Positions 49,252-62,400 of a DNA stretch of 64,000 nt are shown in pieces; within the stretch, counting starts at the first letter, position 1; every line of letters starts with the position of its first letter. The position numbers were made by a program, and so were the translations under genes. The notes beneath the pieces are model-generated. The model was not told the origin of the DNA and made no database searches. It saw only the letters and a program-made list of their open reading frames with translations. The DNA is taken from assembly GCA_965644295.1 (NCBI GenBank), contig CBFFRP010000151.1:1-64000 (forward strand), written 5' to 3'. Source of the stretch: Paraphysomonas bandaiensis. Lineage: Eukaryota > Protista > Chrysophyceae.

Positions 49252-50038
49252 ATCTGTATATTGTTATTAAATTGAGAAGATAAGAATTGAATTGAAATCA
49301 ATTTAATTGTAATGAAAGTAATGAACTTAATGTATATATATATGAATAGATGAGTATATACATACATACATTCATACATATATATATATGCTTTAACGGC
49401 ATTTTTATATATAAGGGAAGAAATTTTTTTTTTTACAACAAGGAATTTTGTAATAGAATTGTAATTTTGTATAGATGTATACTGTATAGCGTTTTAATAG
49501 AGGGGGAAAAAGAGACAATTTTTTCATGAAAATTGTTTTCTTGTTGTATGTAATTATGTAGAACGGTATAATGTATATCTAGATATTGAAATTTTTGTAG
49601 GGGAATATTAAAAATATTAAAATTTTGGTGAGGGAATATACGCTTCGTCATAGGGGAAAAAATGGGGTTTTATAGATGTAATTTTATGGGGCAAATTTTC
49701 ATAAAAAATTATTATGTATATATTGCTACTTGTACACTATAAAGGGACAGGAATACATTGTACTGTACATAGTACCAGGCTATCGGTATACAGCAGGCTA
49801 TCGGTATACACAGTAGTGCAGTGGACGCTGTATGGTAGATACTCTTGTTATAGTGGACTGGAATACATTGTAGTCATGAGGTATATCCAAGAAATTCTTG
49901 GTGTTTTATATGACATTCCTCGCATATTTCTTTACCTTCTTCAGGGGCTGTATATCACTGTATACAACAGTCCAAAGTAGAAGATACAGCAGTATGTTTC
50001 TTAGGATAGGGATATATACACACCCATCTAGTAGTATA

Positions 50039-50189
50039 CGTATCGCCTTCCTTTGTATATTTTTGTTCCAATATGCCTCAAATATTGAGACAATAATTAT
50101 ATGTATTCAAGCCGTAGTTGTATGTAGGTAATATAGAAGATTTTTGCGTCAATTTATTTCCGAAAAATAAGATGCTGACTGCCGATACT
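50039..50189 (+). mobile_element. 151-bp module/MITE family A, copy 7
   Basis: Termini CGTATCGCCT...TGCCGATAC plus the conserved core. Confidence 0.93.
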
Positions 50190-50412
50190 ATAGTAGGATA
50201 GTATGCATGCATGCTGCTGCATGGTGTCTTCGTATCATATCATACATAATGAAGTCATATGAAGAACACTTCATCATATAGCCATACCATACATACACAT
50301 CCCATATATACACATTCATATATATATACACCCATATATATATATATACATAATCATATCTATTCAATAGATAGTTTCATTTTCACGATTTAGATCCATT
50401 TCATTCTAAATC

Positions 50413-53400
50413 ATGAATAGATCAGAAGAGAAATCTAATCAAAGGACTCTACAGGTATGTATGTATATGACATGAAATGATTATAAAAATTCTATAATTT
50501 AAAGGATCAAACGGATGAATTCTCTACATTAAATTCATTAAATAAACCGATGGATAATGAAGATGTAACTAGATGTCTTGTTTTTATTATAGAAATACTC
50601 ATATATATATATAGGAGTTAGTGTTTACTGCTGATGAGGACAGTAATATACATATAGATGAAGATGAAGATGGTATATATGCAGTTAAACAAGTGTATTA
50701 TTATCATATGATGTATATGATATAGAAACAGAGATGAAAGTAGATTCATTGGAAGATACTAATCAACATATGTTGCATGGTTTCCCTCACTCAGACCAAT
50801 CAACTGGTCCACTTCATGCAGAGGATACTGAAGTGGCTATAAAATGGGACTTTAGGGAGGCAACACTACCTCCGGGAGTGGAAGTAGTTGGAGCTGAGCC
50901 AGAATTTGTGCTTCAAAAAGATGGTTCTACGGCTCTGCTTTTGCCACCCATGAGTTATTTGAAGGTAACCGTATAGCTACTTACTAGTATCGCGAGTAAA
51001 CATGCAATAGCTTTCGTTTGATAAAAAGGAGGGGCAGATGCCGACAGGACTGGGAGGCAAACTAATCAACGACTATACTCTTACTGTTGATATGCTACTG
51101 GACCGGTAATGGGACACATATATACGGAGTTGTAGAAAAGTTCTTCCATTATTATCTAAAATGCATATCATAATATTTTGTTATATTGACTGGTCAGTTG
51201 TACTGTAGGCTACCATCGGAGTCGATGTCACTCTTTCAGTGCTCTGGAGTGGCCGGGTCCACCGAGGGTGAAGCATTCGTATACGCCACTGGTGGAGTGG
51301 GAATTTTTGGGGAAGTAGGGGTTCCAGAGGCAGGACTACAACCAGGAAAATTCAATAGAGTGGTAGTAACTGTTGGGCCTACTGAAAAGCCTGCTATTAC
51401 AGACCGGTCAAGACAACGTCCGTTTCGTAGCTCTCAATTCAATTCAATGCTACCGGAGTATGAGGATGAAGATGAGTTTACGTTTTCAAGACAGCCCTCC
51501 GTTTCCCGTGAAATGCGTACGTATGTAAATACCAAGAAGTGCGCCACGATATCATCTGATAAGCGTGGGGTTTTGGCGCAGACTGACGGAAGGTTCGCTG
51601 CTCATACAGATGTAAGTATCATCGACTTAGACGATGTGTTTCACTCTGCTGCATGTGTAGGGGATCACTGTGTTTGGGAGTAATCGTATTGAGTCGATGG
51701 GTAGTGGCAAGTTAGTGAAATTCATTGAGTTTCGCCGCGGTGCCTTAAAAGAGTCTGTAGTTCGTAGTCACGGGTTTAACAACCGTACCTACTCCCTGTG
51801 GGACAAGCAACGTAAAGCAGAGATTGAGGCACGCCAGAGGCAGCTTACGCTGAAGCCAGTATACAAAAATCCACCTCCATTTTGGATGCATCCAATGCTA
51901 TGTGCCGAGTTTGGAGATGCATTTTTAGAAGGCACAGGGCTAGAGGGTGGCGATTTGGCAACTTCTACCTCTGCCTATGAACTGGTGCTGAATCGGTTGG
52001 TGAACGAGCTCGCAGGAATTCAGGATGACCAGGATAGAGATAGAAATTCTGATAGTAAGGAAACGAGTTCTCGGGTCGAAGCTCTGCTAACGGACTTTAA
52101 CTTCTCTCATGAAGAACTCCAATCACTTAATTACTTAAGTGTTGCGTTTCAGACCACCCGATTGTTATGTAGGCGTTTTGAGCTCACCAAGAAGAACGGC
52201 ATTCAGCAACTTGTACATTATTTCAAAGTTCTGAAGAAGACCTTATCAGGCCTTCAGGATGGACAAATTCTGATTGCACCAGGTGGAATCGGAAGCAATG
52301 CGGTGATTTATATTGTGGAGAGGGAGGGAGCCGATTGCTTTCGGTTCTGTGTCGTGAACACTAATCCCACTTCGGGACTGGAATGGCACGTATGCACACC
52401 AGAATATGCACCCTATATAAAATACCAGACTGTGCTTGTTGTTAAAGGGGTCACACATGCCAAAATTATGGATGAAGCATTCTGGGGCATACTTCTTAAG
52501 CTTGCGGTGGTTCCGTCTAAACAAAACACGCCGGACAAGTTGTATAACCTACTACTACCGTTTTTAGTGGACAAACCGACTGAACAAATTGTGTGTGAAT
52601 CAGAAGTTGATGAACACATTGAGGTTCGTATGCCGCAAAGGTCTAATACATCTTATGTACGATGTATTACGGAAGCTTCTTACTATGTTCTACGCCGAAG
52701 GGGCCTCCCAGTCGCTCGGTGTCGCCAGATGCTGTTCGCTATTGAGCTCCAGATGATAGAATTCATCCGGCACGACTTAGTTTTTATGCGCTCAGTAGGC
52801 AACAATGACAAGAAGATTATTCGTATGGCGTGTACGGAGCTGGCTCGCACAGGTGCTCAAATGGGAAACGACAATGAGCTATCTCTGATACAGATGCAAC
52901 ACTTGAACAGCTTTGTATCCGCTGTGAATGATTCTTCTGAATCACTTCCTTGTGACGATGCAGATGCATCTGCGGACCAGTCTCCGGTGGATTTACAGGA
53001 GTCTTCAGAGCAGAGACAAGACTCTCATTTACTGTTTCCACTAATGGACCGGTTGCGCAGGCTAGATGATGTAGATGGACTTGCAGGGCCCCCGATTGTT
53101 CTGCCGAAATATGTTCCAGTAGATATGCTGCAAATCCCAGAGCAAGCACGGGATCTCGATGCTGCCATTTCCGCAATTCGATACTGTGATCGCTTATGCA
53201 CTCTTATATCTGTGCAGCCGCATTGTATAAAGAACCGATCCCTGTTGAAGGTCTCTCTTATTCAGCATACCTTTACCTCAGTGTTGCCGTGCCCGAGAGC
53301 GAGGTCGGCAACTGACTTCTCGTCCTGCATTTGGCAAGCGCCAATGACTTACTCAATTCAATTGGACATCGCGATATGTCTGGGGAGAATCATGGAGCAT

Positions 53401-56400
53401 TTCATATCATCTGTGTTCGCCCTTTATAACACAAAATCATTGGATGCAATCAAGATTGTTGTAACTGGATGCATTGCTGCCGTATTGGATGTGACATTGA
53501 GGAAGGTCGCCACCGATCAGCCTTCCGAGTTCTGTTTGCACTATATGGGCTCCCGGTGGGGAGGTCGTGGAAAAGGTTATGGCTTGTCGATGGCTGCGTT
53601 TGATACACAGAGCGAGACGATTGAACTACATACACCTGAACTAAGCGTTTCCCGAGCGTGTGTATTAGATTACTTTGCTGAGCAAAAGTCCCTGACGAAG
53701 ATATTGAATTGGCAAGACGGACACCACTTAGATGAGCATACGACTGAGTTTCTCGTTGCACTCTGTGCAGACTTGGCGTTTCCATCTGATATGAAGGCCG
53801 TAGCGGGGTATATAACTACGTCTAATCAATTAATCAACAAAAATTACCCGGAGTTCCACATCTTAAGAGATATTTCTCTGTTTGTGAAGTACGTACAGAA
53901 TGTAGATCCTAGAGCGTTCCCACAACAACACGAGTATTCCCAGATGTCTGTGGAGCCTAAGTGGGATTTCCAACAGGGCATGTTTGTAGTAGAGGGATTT
54001 CAAAGAGGATTTATGATCAAGTGTTACCCAGATCCTCCTTTTACGAGCTCCTCTTCGCGTTATCCATCCGCAGCCTTGGCATCTAACCTGGCTTCCCCTC
54101 ATGAAATCAAGACTGAGGACGATGTGTTGCATATAAAAAACCTCCCGTCCTTCCATGGATGCCTTGGACAGCAGGACTCGGAGCTACTACTGTCGTTTTT
54201 AACTGTGCCCTATCTACGCATTCCATTGGTGCTGACATTCTTCTCTACGGAGGACCGAATTCACTCTCTCAGAAGTGAAGAATTACAGGCAGTGTTGGAT
54301 GCTGTCCTATTCGAACCTGGAAGGTTTCTTCATGCGGATGTCATTGGTACAGTCGTTAGTTTTGCGTATAATTGAAATGTTAATGACGATAATGTATGTA
54401 GGCGAGCCAGAGGAGGTCCCCTGTCGTGCGACTGAGCACATGGCCACCTCCCACGGTCTACTCATGAACGAAATTCATAGATCTCCTGATGTATTTTTGG
54501 ATAGTATTATCAAGCTTCTTTCACTCAGTATGGATCTCGATGTGGGAACTTTTCACTCGATGACAGTTCCTATTATTCTATACATTTTGCGCCTTTCATC
54601 TCGCGTTGAATCTTTTGTGTCATTTCTCATTGATCACGGCAGGAAGGGGCGCACTACTGTTGATTGTGCTTTACGGTCCATTGAGCTCGATTCCAGTACT
54701 ATTGAGGTGCTTCAGAACGGCATTAACCGTATGCGTTATTTGATGCGATCGAGATTACATCCCATGTTGGAATCCTGGTGCACTGAGCTCTCTGCAGACT
54801 GCGAGGCTCTCAATACAGACGACGATGCAGTTATCGATGCAAACTCTCGCTCTGCGTGTCAATTGCATGCTCACTTGTTGCTTCTGTATCGCAATCTTAA
54901 CGTTGAGGATTATAACTTCAACTTTGCCTCTACGATAAGCTCCTCTTTCTTGTTTTTAACTACTCGACATACATGGAATATGAATCTATTGGGCATTCCT
55001 GAACACGAAATATTTGAAATGCTTGCTACACAGCGACGCAATTTGATATTATGGAGCCGATCTCAGTCTCAACAGACTTTGAATGAGCTTATGGAAGCCA
55101 CTATCCGAGTAACTGTTGGCACTGGGGGGCGCAGTAAAGGGGCGGACCCCATGTTAACTGACTCCAATCGCGTATGGGCTTTCATCAGAGGAGACAGGTC
55201 TGTGGGTAGATTTTCGGTTGCGTCAACTAGAAGACTGGGTACAACTGGTGTAGTCGATAACACACCTATACAAACGATGCCTGATGATGTGGAACTTGGA
55301 ATTGAGATTGATTTCCAGACCGTTCAGCTTACTCTCAAGTCGTCCCATTTGAAAGCCTTGGACACTAATATTGCGAATGATCTTGATGTACAGACTGTAT
55401 TTGGAAAGAAGTCCATGCAAGGGTCAATCACAGAATCTACTGAGAACCGTTTATGCGTAAACCTCATTGGTAGAGGACACAGTATACATTTCTGGCGAAC
55501 CCCGGATGAACGCTCGTGTGTGCAAGACTTTGATCGTCTTTACTCGGCAGGAGAAGTGGAGGAGTCAGAACAGTGGATTGTGCCTATTTTCGAGCCAGTA
55601 CGTCTAACATATATGACACAACCCTTTGAGCTACAGGTTTGTATGCCGGAGGAACCACTCTCCGCTGACGCTGATGTGGCGTGTCTAGTGGGAATCCACC
55701 CCAAGAACGGTGGTACATGGAAAGAGATATTTGTATTCAAGGCTCTGCAAATGGTGCAGGTATACAATGTAGCCAGCCATGGACGGCGATTCTACAGGGT
55801 GCTGGAATATACTACGAATTGTAAATATACATTACGGGAGATGCAACCCTCTCTTGATGACAGACGATCGCTCTGGCCCCCATGGGAACGGCATGGGGCA
55901 GGACATCCTTATGCCGACCATTGGGCCAATCCTCTTTCTTGTGTCATTCATCGCGGGTGGGACTATGAACAGAATCTCTCAGGTGGAGAAGAAGTGTACC
56001 TTCCCTCGAGACTATTGTATGGGTTGCTCCCAATGTCACTTCTGGATAGTCATATGTTTTGGCAGGATGAAAATGATAACATTCGTGGTTATCCACATGA
56101 CAAATCGAGCCCATACTTAATCCTTGTTGAGCTTGTTGATGTAGATCGCGTTGCCTGTACTGGCGTACGTGGGACATGTGCACGTGTGAAGCGTGTTCTG
56201 AAAGCACCACTCGAACAGCGTATGCGGAAGCAGATGGACCTCCTTACTTTGCTGGACAAAGCACATATGGTGAACGAGAAAGATTGGAAGGTGGATGCTA
56301 GCCTTCTGGAGCGCCTTGGTGGAGTTGTTGATTATGGATGCCACCAAGAAGACATTGATGGCTTTGTGGAGGCTCTCAAAACGAGTGGAGTGATTTACGA

Positions 56401-59400
56401 GCATTTGGATGAACTCATCACTGAGATAGAGGCCTTTGCAATGGAGCAGGGAGTAGGGTTAATGGATGTTGTACAGGGTGACGAGAGCACGATGTGCAGT
56501 AAAAAAGGTCCGAATCAATTGGAGACTGCTGAGCTCACATTGGTTAGTGCATGTTACGCTGCGTCTAGCACAAAATTTGCAACCATCACGAGAGCAGTTA
56601 CAAGGCTGGAAAACTGCGGGCACATTCTCTTCTGGACAATGGCAGCACTTAACACTACCGCATTCTCCGTCTCGCCAGCAGGGGAGTCGATTGAAGTTAA
56701 CTTGATTGAGATGCCACGACTGAAACTGAATTTTCACGAGAAAATGGACGAAAATGGGGTAAACCGACTCTACTCACTAGATCATTCCCATCTGTTCGTT
56801 TCAAACTTCCGGAGTGATTTAACTAACCGTCTGATGACTGGTCTTCCTCACTCTTTGATGATGTCATCGTCGAACCACGAGCTTCATATTTTGGTGCCTG
56901 CTGTCGATCCAGTTCGTCCACGCATCGCCTCCAGCCCCTTCACTACAGAACTGGTTATGAATCGCAATATGGCTGAGGAGTGGAACGCCTCACTCGATAC
57001 ATTCTACTACTTATATCCCATTCATGTCTCTTTATCGTTTCTTTTTTCGCCCACACTCTCATCAGCGTTGTATATGTTGTTGGTGCGCTTTCTGAATCGA
57101 AATTATGAGGAGGTGTTTCGCCTTGCAAGCACCATTGGGACGGACACAGAGCTGTCTCCCGAGGAAAAACTCATATTTCACACTCTAGGGAGGTCTAATA
57201 GTGACAGTCACCCCGATGCCCATGCCTGTCGCCTCAAGATATCTTATGTGACCATGGATGCGCCAATTAATTGTCCGTGGGACTTGACGCGCCAATGTAG
57301 TCGGTATATCACCAAACTGACGCATATTAGCTTGGTCTGCCGATTGACGCTTGAAGAGGAGTATATGCTACTGCAGAGATGTATATGTGACTCTAGTGAT
57401 CCGCGATTCTACGACATGGAGGGAAAACCCCTCTATACTCTTTATGAGGTGACTTTGGTGAAAAATCGGAAGCATTATCTGGAAGCGATGTTTGGAGGGC
57501 ATGGTCAAGCAGCAGTTTTCACTGTACCTCGAGAAAAGGGCACACGGTGGACGGTTGATCGCAATATGACGGCTTTCATGTGCGATCCAGACAGCTATGC
57601 TTCTATGGAAGTGCAGTACGCAGCTCCAGCTCAGTTGTCTGGTCATGCACTTTTGGAAGTGGTACATCGCTTTTGGTCAGGTCAAGAGGACTCTACTGGG
57701 TTGTACAGTAAGATGGGATTTCTGTTTATTTACGAATTACTAACTGGTACCAAAACTGCCAAGCTGCTAAACCAAGATGTGTCTCGCTCACTGGCTATAT
57801 TTTTATTGGAAATGTTGGCAGACAAAGACCAAGAAACTTTATTGCCGTCCATTCTATCACTGATGTGCCGAGTTCCTTATTTAGCGGGTATGATGCCAAA
57901 GTACAGCGATAACAGAACCTTTAAAAATATTACAGTTAAAGCCTATGCAGATGATAGAGACCCCATCAGTCCATTGGGATCATTGCTTTTACAGTGCCTA
58001 CAGGTACTGCAGATGCAAATATCAAACGTGATGGTGGACCACGAACAGTGGACGGGTCATCCCAACGAGGCGCCGACTACATGTGTAGTTCTAACGGAGA
58101 AGCAGCTGACGTGGACAGTCCCTAGTCTCACTGATTTCTCGTGCTCACGAAGGGTGTTGTCTGAGATCAAAACGCTGAATCAGGCCCTTATCCTGAGCCA
58201 GTCAGAGCTCAATGACTTTGCAGGTTATCCTCTGGCTCCTGTTGGAGTGTCGCATTACACGTCTTTTGTTTCTCGGGAAGAGAGTGGGCTACCTATGATT
58301 GATACAGAACTTCCATTCGATGTGTCAAAACACAGCCAAGCGAAGACCGCTGTTGCCGTCTCTATGATATCACGCCTCAAGAAGGACGTGAAAGAGTATG
58401 CAGATTCTCAGAACTCAGGCGTAGTTCCTAAGTGCGCTTTCCTTACTGATGCCTATCAGGCACTGGGTATGATTGCCCCTAGTAAGTCCGTTTTAACTAG
58501 CATGGATACAAGCAACGGGTCACAACTTCTATCTAGACAGTCCCTTGCTGACTTGATTAAAGATATAGAAGCACTCAGGAAGCAGGATGAAGAATATGTA
58601 CAAAATGCTCTTGCTTGGCTCACTGAAAATGCCAATGCTGTACACCCCACTTACTCAGAATGCGAGAACGAGGAATTGGAAAAACGTAAGCTTTGTTTCC
58701 TTTTGAGGCGATTTTGTCGTTTGGAGGCATCCATATGGCTAGAGTTTTTATTTGGAAGCGTGCTTTCTTCCACTCAATTTGCTGATTTGTCTCGTTTGAA
58801 CCCGTTTGTGACCGATGATACTGTAGACAGCATTACTGATGTGATTGTAGCAACAGTGCTCCACGCCAATAGAATAAGTCACGCTAACAGATGTATTTTG
58901 GATGCACGTGAGTTAGATAAGACTCTTGCTGATATTGAACGAATTAAGATGTCCGGTGCCTTAAAATCCACTCATAGTGACGATATTGAAAGTTCCCAGA
59001 AGATTTTTGAGCTTCGCGCAGCGTTGTCGCTGAAAGATGAGTCCTTAAGCCGAAATCTCAATATGGAGAGGCACTATGTGGACAAGAAAGCAGTGGTCGG
59101 CGGGGAAGAGAAGCGACAGCGCGTAGAGATGACTTATGATCCTCGTTTTCTCTTGTTTGAGTTCACTTGGAGTATCCTCCTACGCAAGTCACAGGTAAGC
59201 TTACCTGCGGATGTTTGATGTACGCTGTTTGTAAATCTTCGTATAGGTAGAGATCGTGAACGAGTATATGTCAAACATTTCCCAGGGAGTCAGCACTGTG
59301 AAGCAGATGATCATGGGTGCCGGTAAAATATGTCTTGAACTAGTTTGCTATATATCTTATCGAAATTAATGCCGTAGGCAAGACAACTATAGTATGTCCT

Positions 59401-62400
59401 CTCTTAACTCTCATGCTTGGAGATGGGAAAAACCTAGTGGTGCAAGTGGTCCCCCCTGCACTGCTTGAGCTTAGTCGTACAGTTATGCGATCTACTTTTT
59501 CTTCCATTATGCACAAGCGGGTATTTACTCTCAACTTCGATCGGTCGTCCGAGGCGGATCCTACTATATACAAGAAGCTCTGTAGCTCGATTTCCTCGAG
59601 GGGGGTTGTTATTACTACACCGACGACAATAAAGAGTATGATGTTAAAATTTATGGAGTGGATGTACGTACTCAATGATCGGAACAGTCCGAGGTCAGCT
59701 CTCATGGAGGCGGACTGCCAGGTAATGTATGCATGAAGTATGTTTCAAATCTGGTGATATACATGTTTCCACCTATGTAGGAACTTGGGAGAGTACTTAA
59801 ACTTTTTCGGGACGCTATTCTCATAATGGACGAAGTTGATCTGATTCTTCACCCAATGAAGAGCGAATTAAATTTCCCAATTGGTAGTTTGTCGTATCAA
59901 AATACAAAAGTATATGACAACTATGCTGTTTAGGGGATCGCCTGGAGCTTGACTACAGTCCTCAACGCTGGCAGATGCCCATTCATTTGATGGATGCAGT
60001 CTTTTATGCAGAACACGACCGTATATCCGTGGGGTTTAAGCAGTCCTCACGTGCTCTGGGAATTTTGGAGCGGCTGAAAGCGACGGTTGCGAAAGGATAT
60101 CAGTCTCGGGCATTACAACGCAATCCTCACATCGTTCTTCTCAACACCGAGTGGTACCACAACATCTTAAAGCCTTTAATGGCTGAGTGGTTGTACATGT
60201 GGATTGAGACCCAGCATATAGCTTCTATCAGTGAAGCACAAACTATACAATACCTTCTTGAAGGTGCTACGACATCATATAACTCCCACCTTGCGAAGAT
60301 AGTGGAGTGTAATGTCTCACATGAGCACAAGAAAATGCTCAATTTGGGTCGTGACTGGTTGTTAAGTTACTTACCGCACGTTCTGCAAAAGATTGACCGC
60401 GTCTCATACGGGCTACTAAACAAAGGAGACTATGAGCGCGCTATCAAGTTAGACCCACACATGCCTCGAACGAGGGCTAAGCTGGCGATCCCTTTTGTAG
60501 GAAAAGATGTTCCGTCAAAGTCTTCCGAATTCGCTCACCCTGATGTCATTATTGGTCTAACCATTCTTGCCTATCGGTACAACTTACCTCCGTGTTTTAA
60601 AATCACTAACGTGTCTTTGTGCTGTTGTTAATGTAGATATGAGGGGTTACGTTGGACGGACTTTGAAGACATCATATCCAATCTCAGATCCACCATGACC
60701 AAAGAAATTGGTCCTTTCAAGCTTCGCAAGTCGAGTTTGCGGTACAGTGGATGGGTGAAAGATGCAGGTGGGTGCGTTAAGGGTGAGTATACAACTAGCG
60801 GGGATATGGGTCTGTCTGCTGAAGGCGATAGGGTGTCGATAAAAGGGGAGTACAATGTGGAGAACGAAGTTGTACCGCTGCGACTTCTAAAACGGTCCAA
60901 TGAGGAGCAGATGAAGAAGTTGTACAGTTTGTTACAAAACCACCCCGACACTATACACTTCTACCTGGAAAACTTTATTTTCCCCGCGCACATGGATAGC
61001 AAGGTGCTCAAACTTTCTGCTGCTGGGCAAGAGCTAGGGGGAGAGATGTTATTTAAAAAGCGCATTGGGTTCTCAGGTTCTAGACATGTATTACATACGT
61101 TTATCTACCTGACGCATGAATACGATGTAGGTACACCGTCTGATTTACTCCCGGTAGAGCTAGGCCGGTGTGGTTATGAGAAGGGATCTGATGGACAAAT
61201 GATACACGTCATGACTTCTCCTTTGGTTTGTTCATTTGAGATAGTACCTCTTTCGTGGTCGCCAAAATCCATCCTCCACCGCATTTGTACAGCATCTGAT
61301 GACATGCGCTTCCACGCACTGATCGACACAGGAGCTTTAATTACAGGTATTGGTAATGTACGCGAATCGTAACTATGCTGAAGATATCGTTGTATTCAGG
61401 CATGACCAATCTAGAGGTTGCCACTTTTCTACTGCATAATGGAATGCCTTGGTGTGAAGGAGTGGTGTTCCTGGACGACTATGACAGGAAGATGGTGCTC
61501 GTACGATCTACTGGCAGAGTCCTTAAGATGGCTCAATGTGGCATACCAGCTGAACAGCGGTTCGCATTCTATGACCAGGTACCAGATATTTGATAAATTG
61601 TTAGAGTACCGGCTTATTTGTGTCTTCAGGTTCACACAACAGGAATGGATATTCAACATACTCTTAATGCAAGAGCAGTCTTGACTCTCTCTAAAGACAT
61701 GGTATGACAATTGTACATGCTATCAGTAATTTTTTCTACTCTGTAATGACTGTATCAGGTGTTTCGAGACTATGCTCAGGGTGCGTATAGAATGCGTGGC
61801 ATTAACAAGGGACAGAAGATTCACGTTATGGTCATACCGGAGGTGTGCGATCTTATTAGCCGAGAACTGGCCAAGATAGGCGTACAATCAAAGATTTTAG
61901 AGGCCGTGCATCGTTTATCCCCACGATCAGATGAGCACGTCCTGTCAACCTGCTTCGGTGTGGAAGATGTCCGACAAGTACTGCGGGACATTAATGCCTG
62001 GCTGGTCATAAATTCGATGCGTTCAGAGAGAGTTCAATTCAACCAGCTGTGCATTCAGAATGTATCAAATGTTTGGCGCAAGAAAGCATACGCAGTGCTG
62101 TTAGAAAACCACAAACGCTTTTCTGTTGATGAAATACCAGACCCAGCCTCTGAGGAGGCTAAATCACTGGATGTTTTTTGTGAAGCGATTAATTTCAACT
62201 TGAATGCGATGGTCCCGTCACCTACTCCATTTGCAGATAGCATCACTCGTCGTGTTGAAGAGCATGCCTCCTTTATTCCAGAAGGCGCTCAACACGAAGT
62301 CGTGAAGGGAGTACTGGATCTAATTGCTCTTTCAGGAGGTGGAAATGAGTTTGACGAGGAAGAAGATAAAGCTCGTCTGTTGGGAGCAGAAATGGTTCAG

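Noticed and set aside
4363-50131. Recurring small ORFs containing ASNIETIIICI..VVV
   Set aside because: Translation of the 151-bp module; starts and stops differ between copies, so it is not a peptide family.
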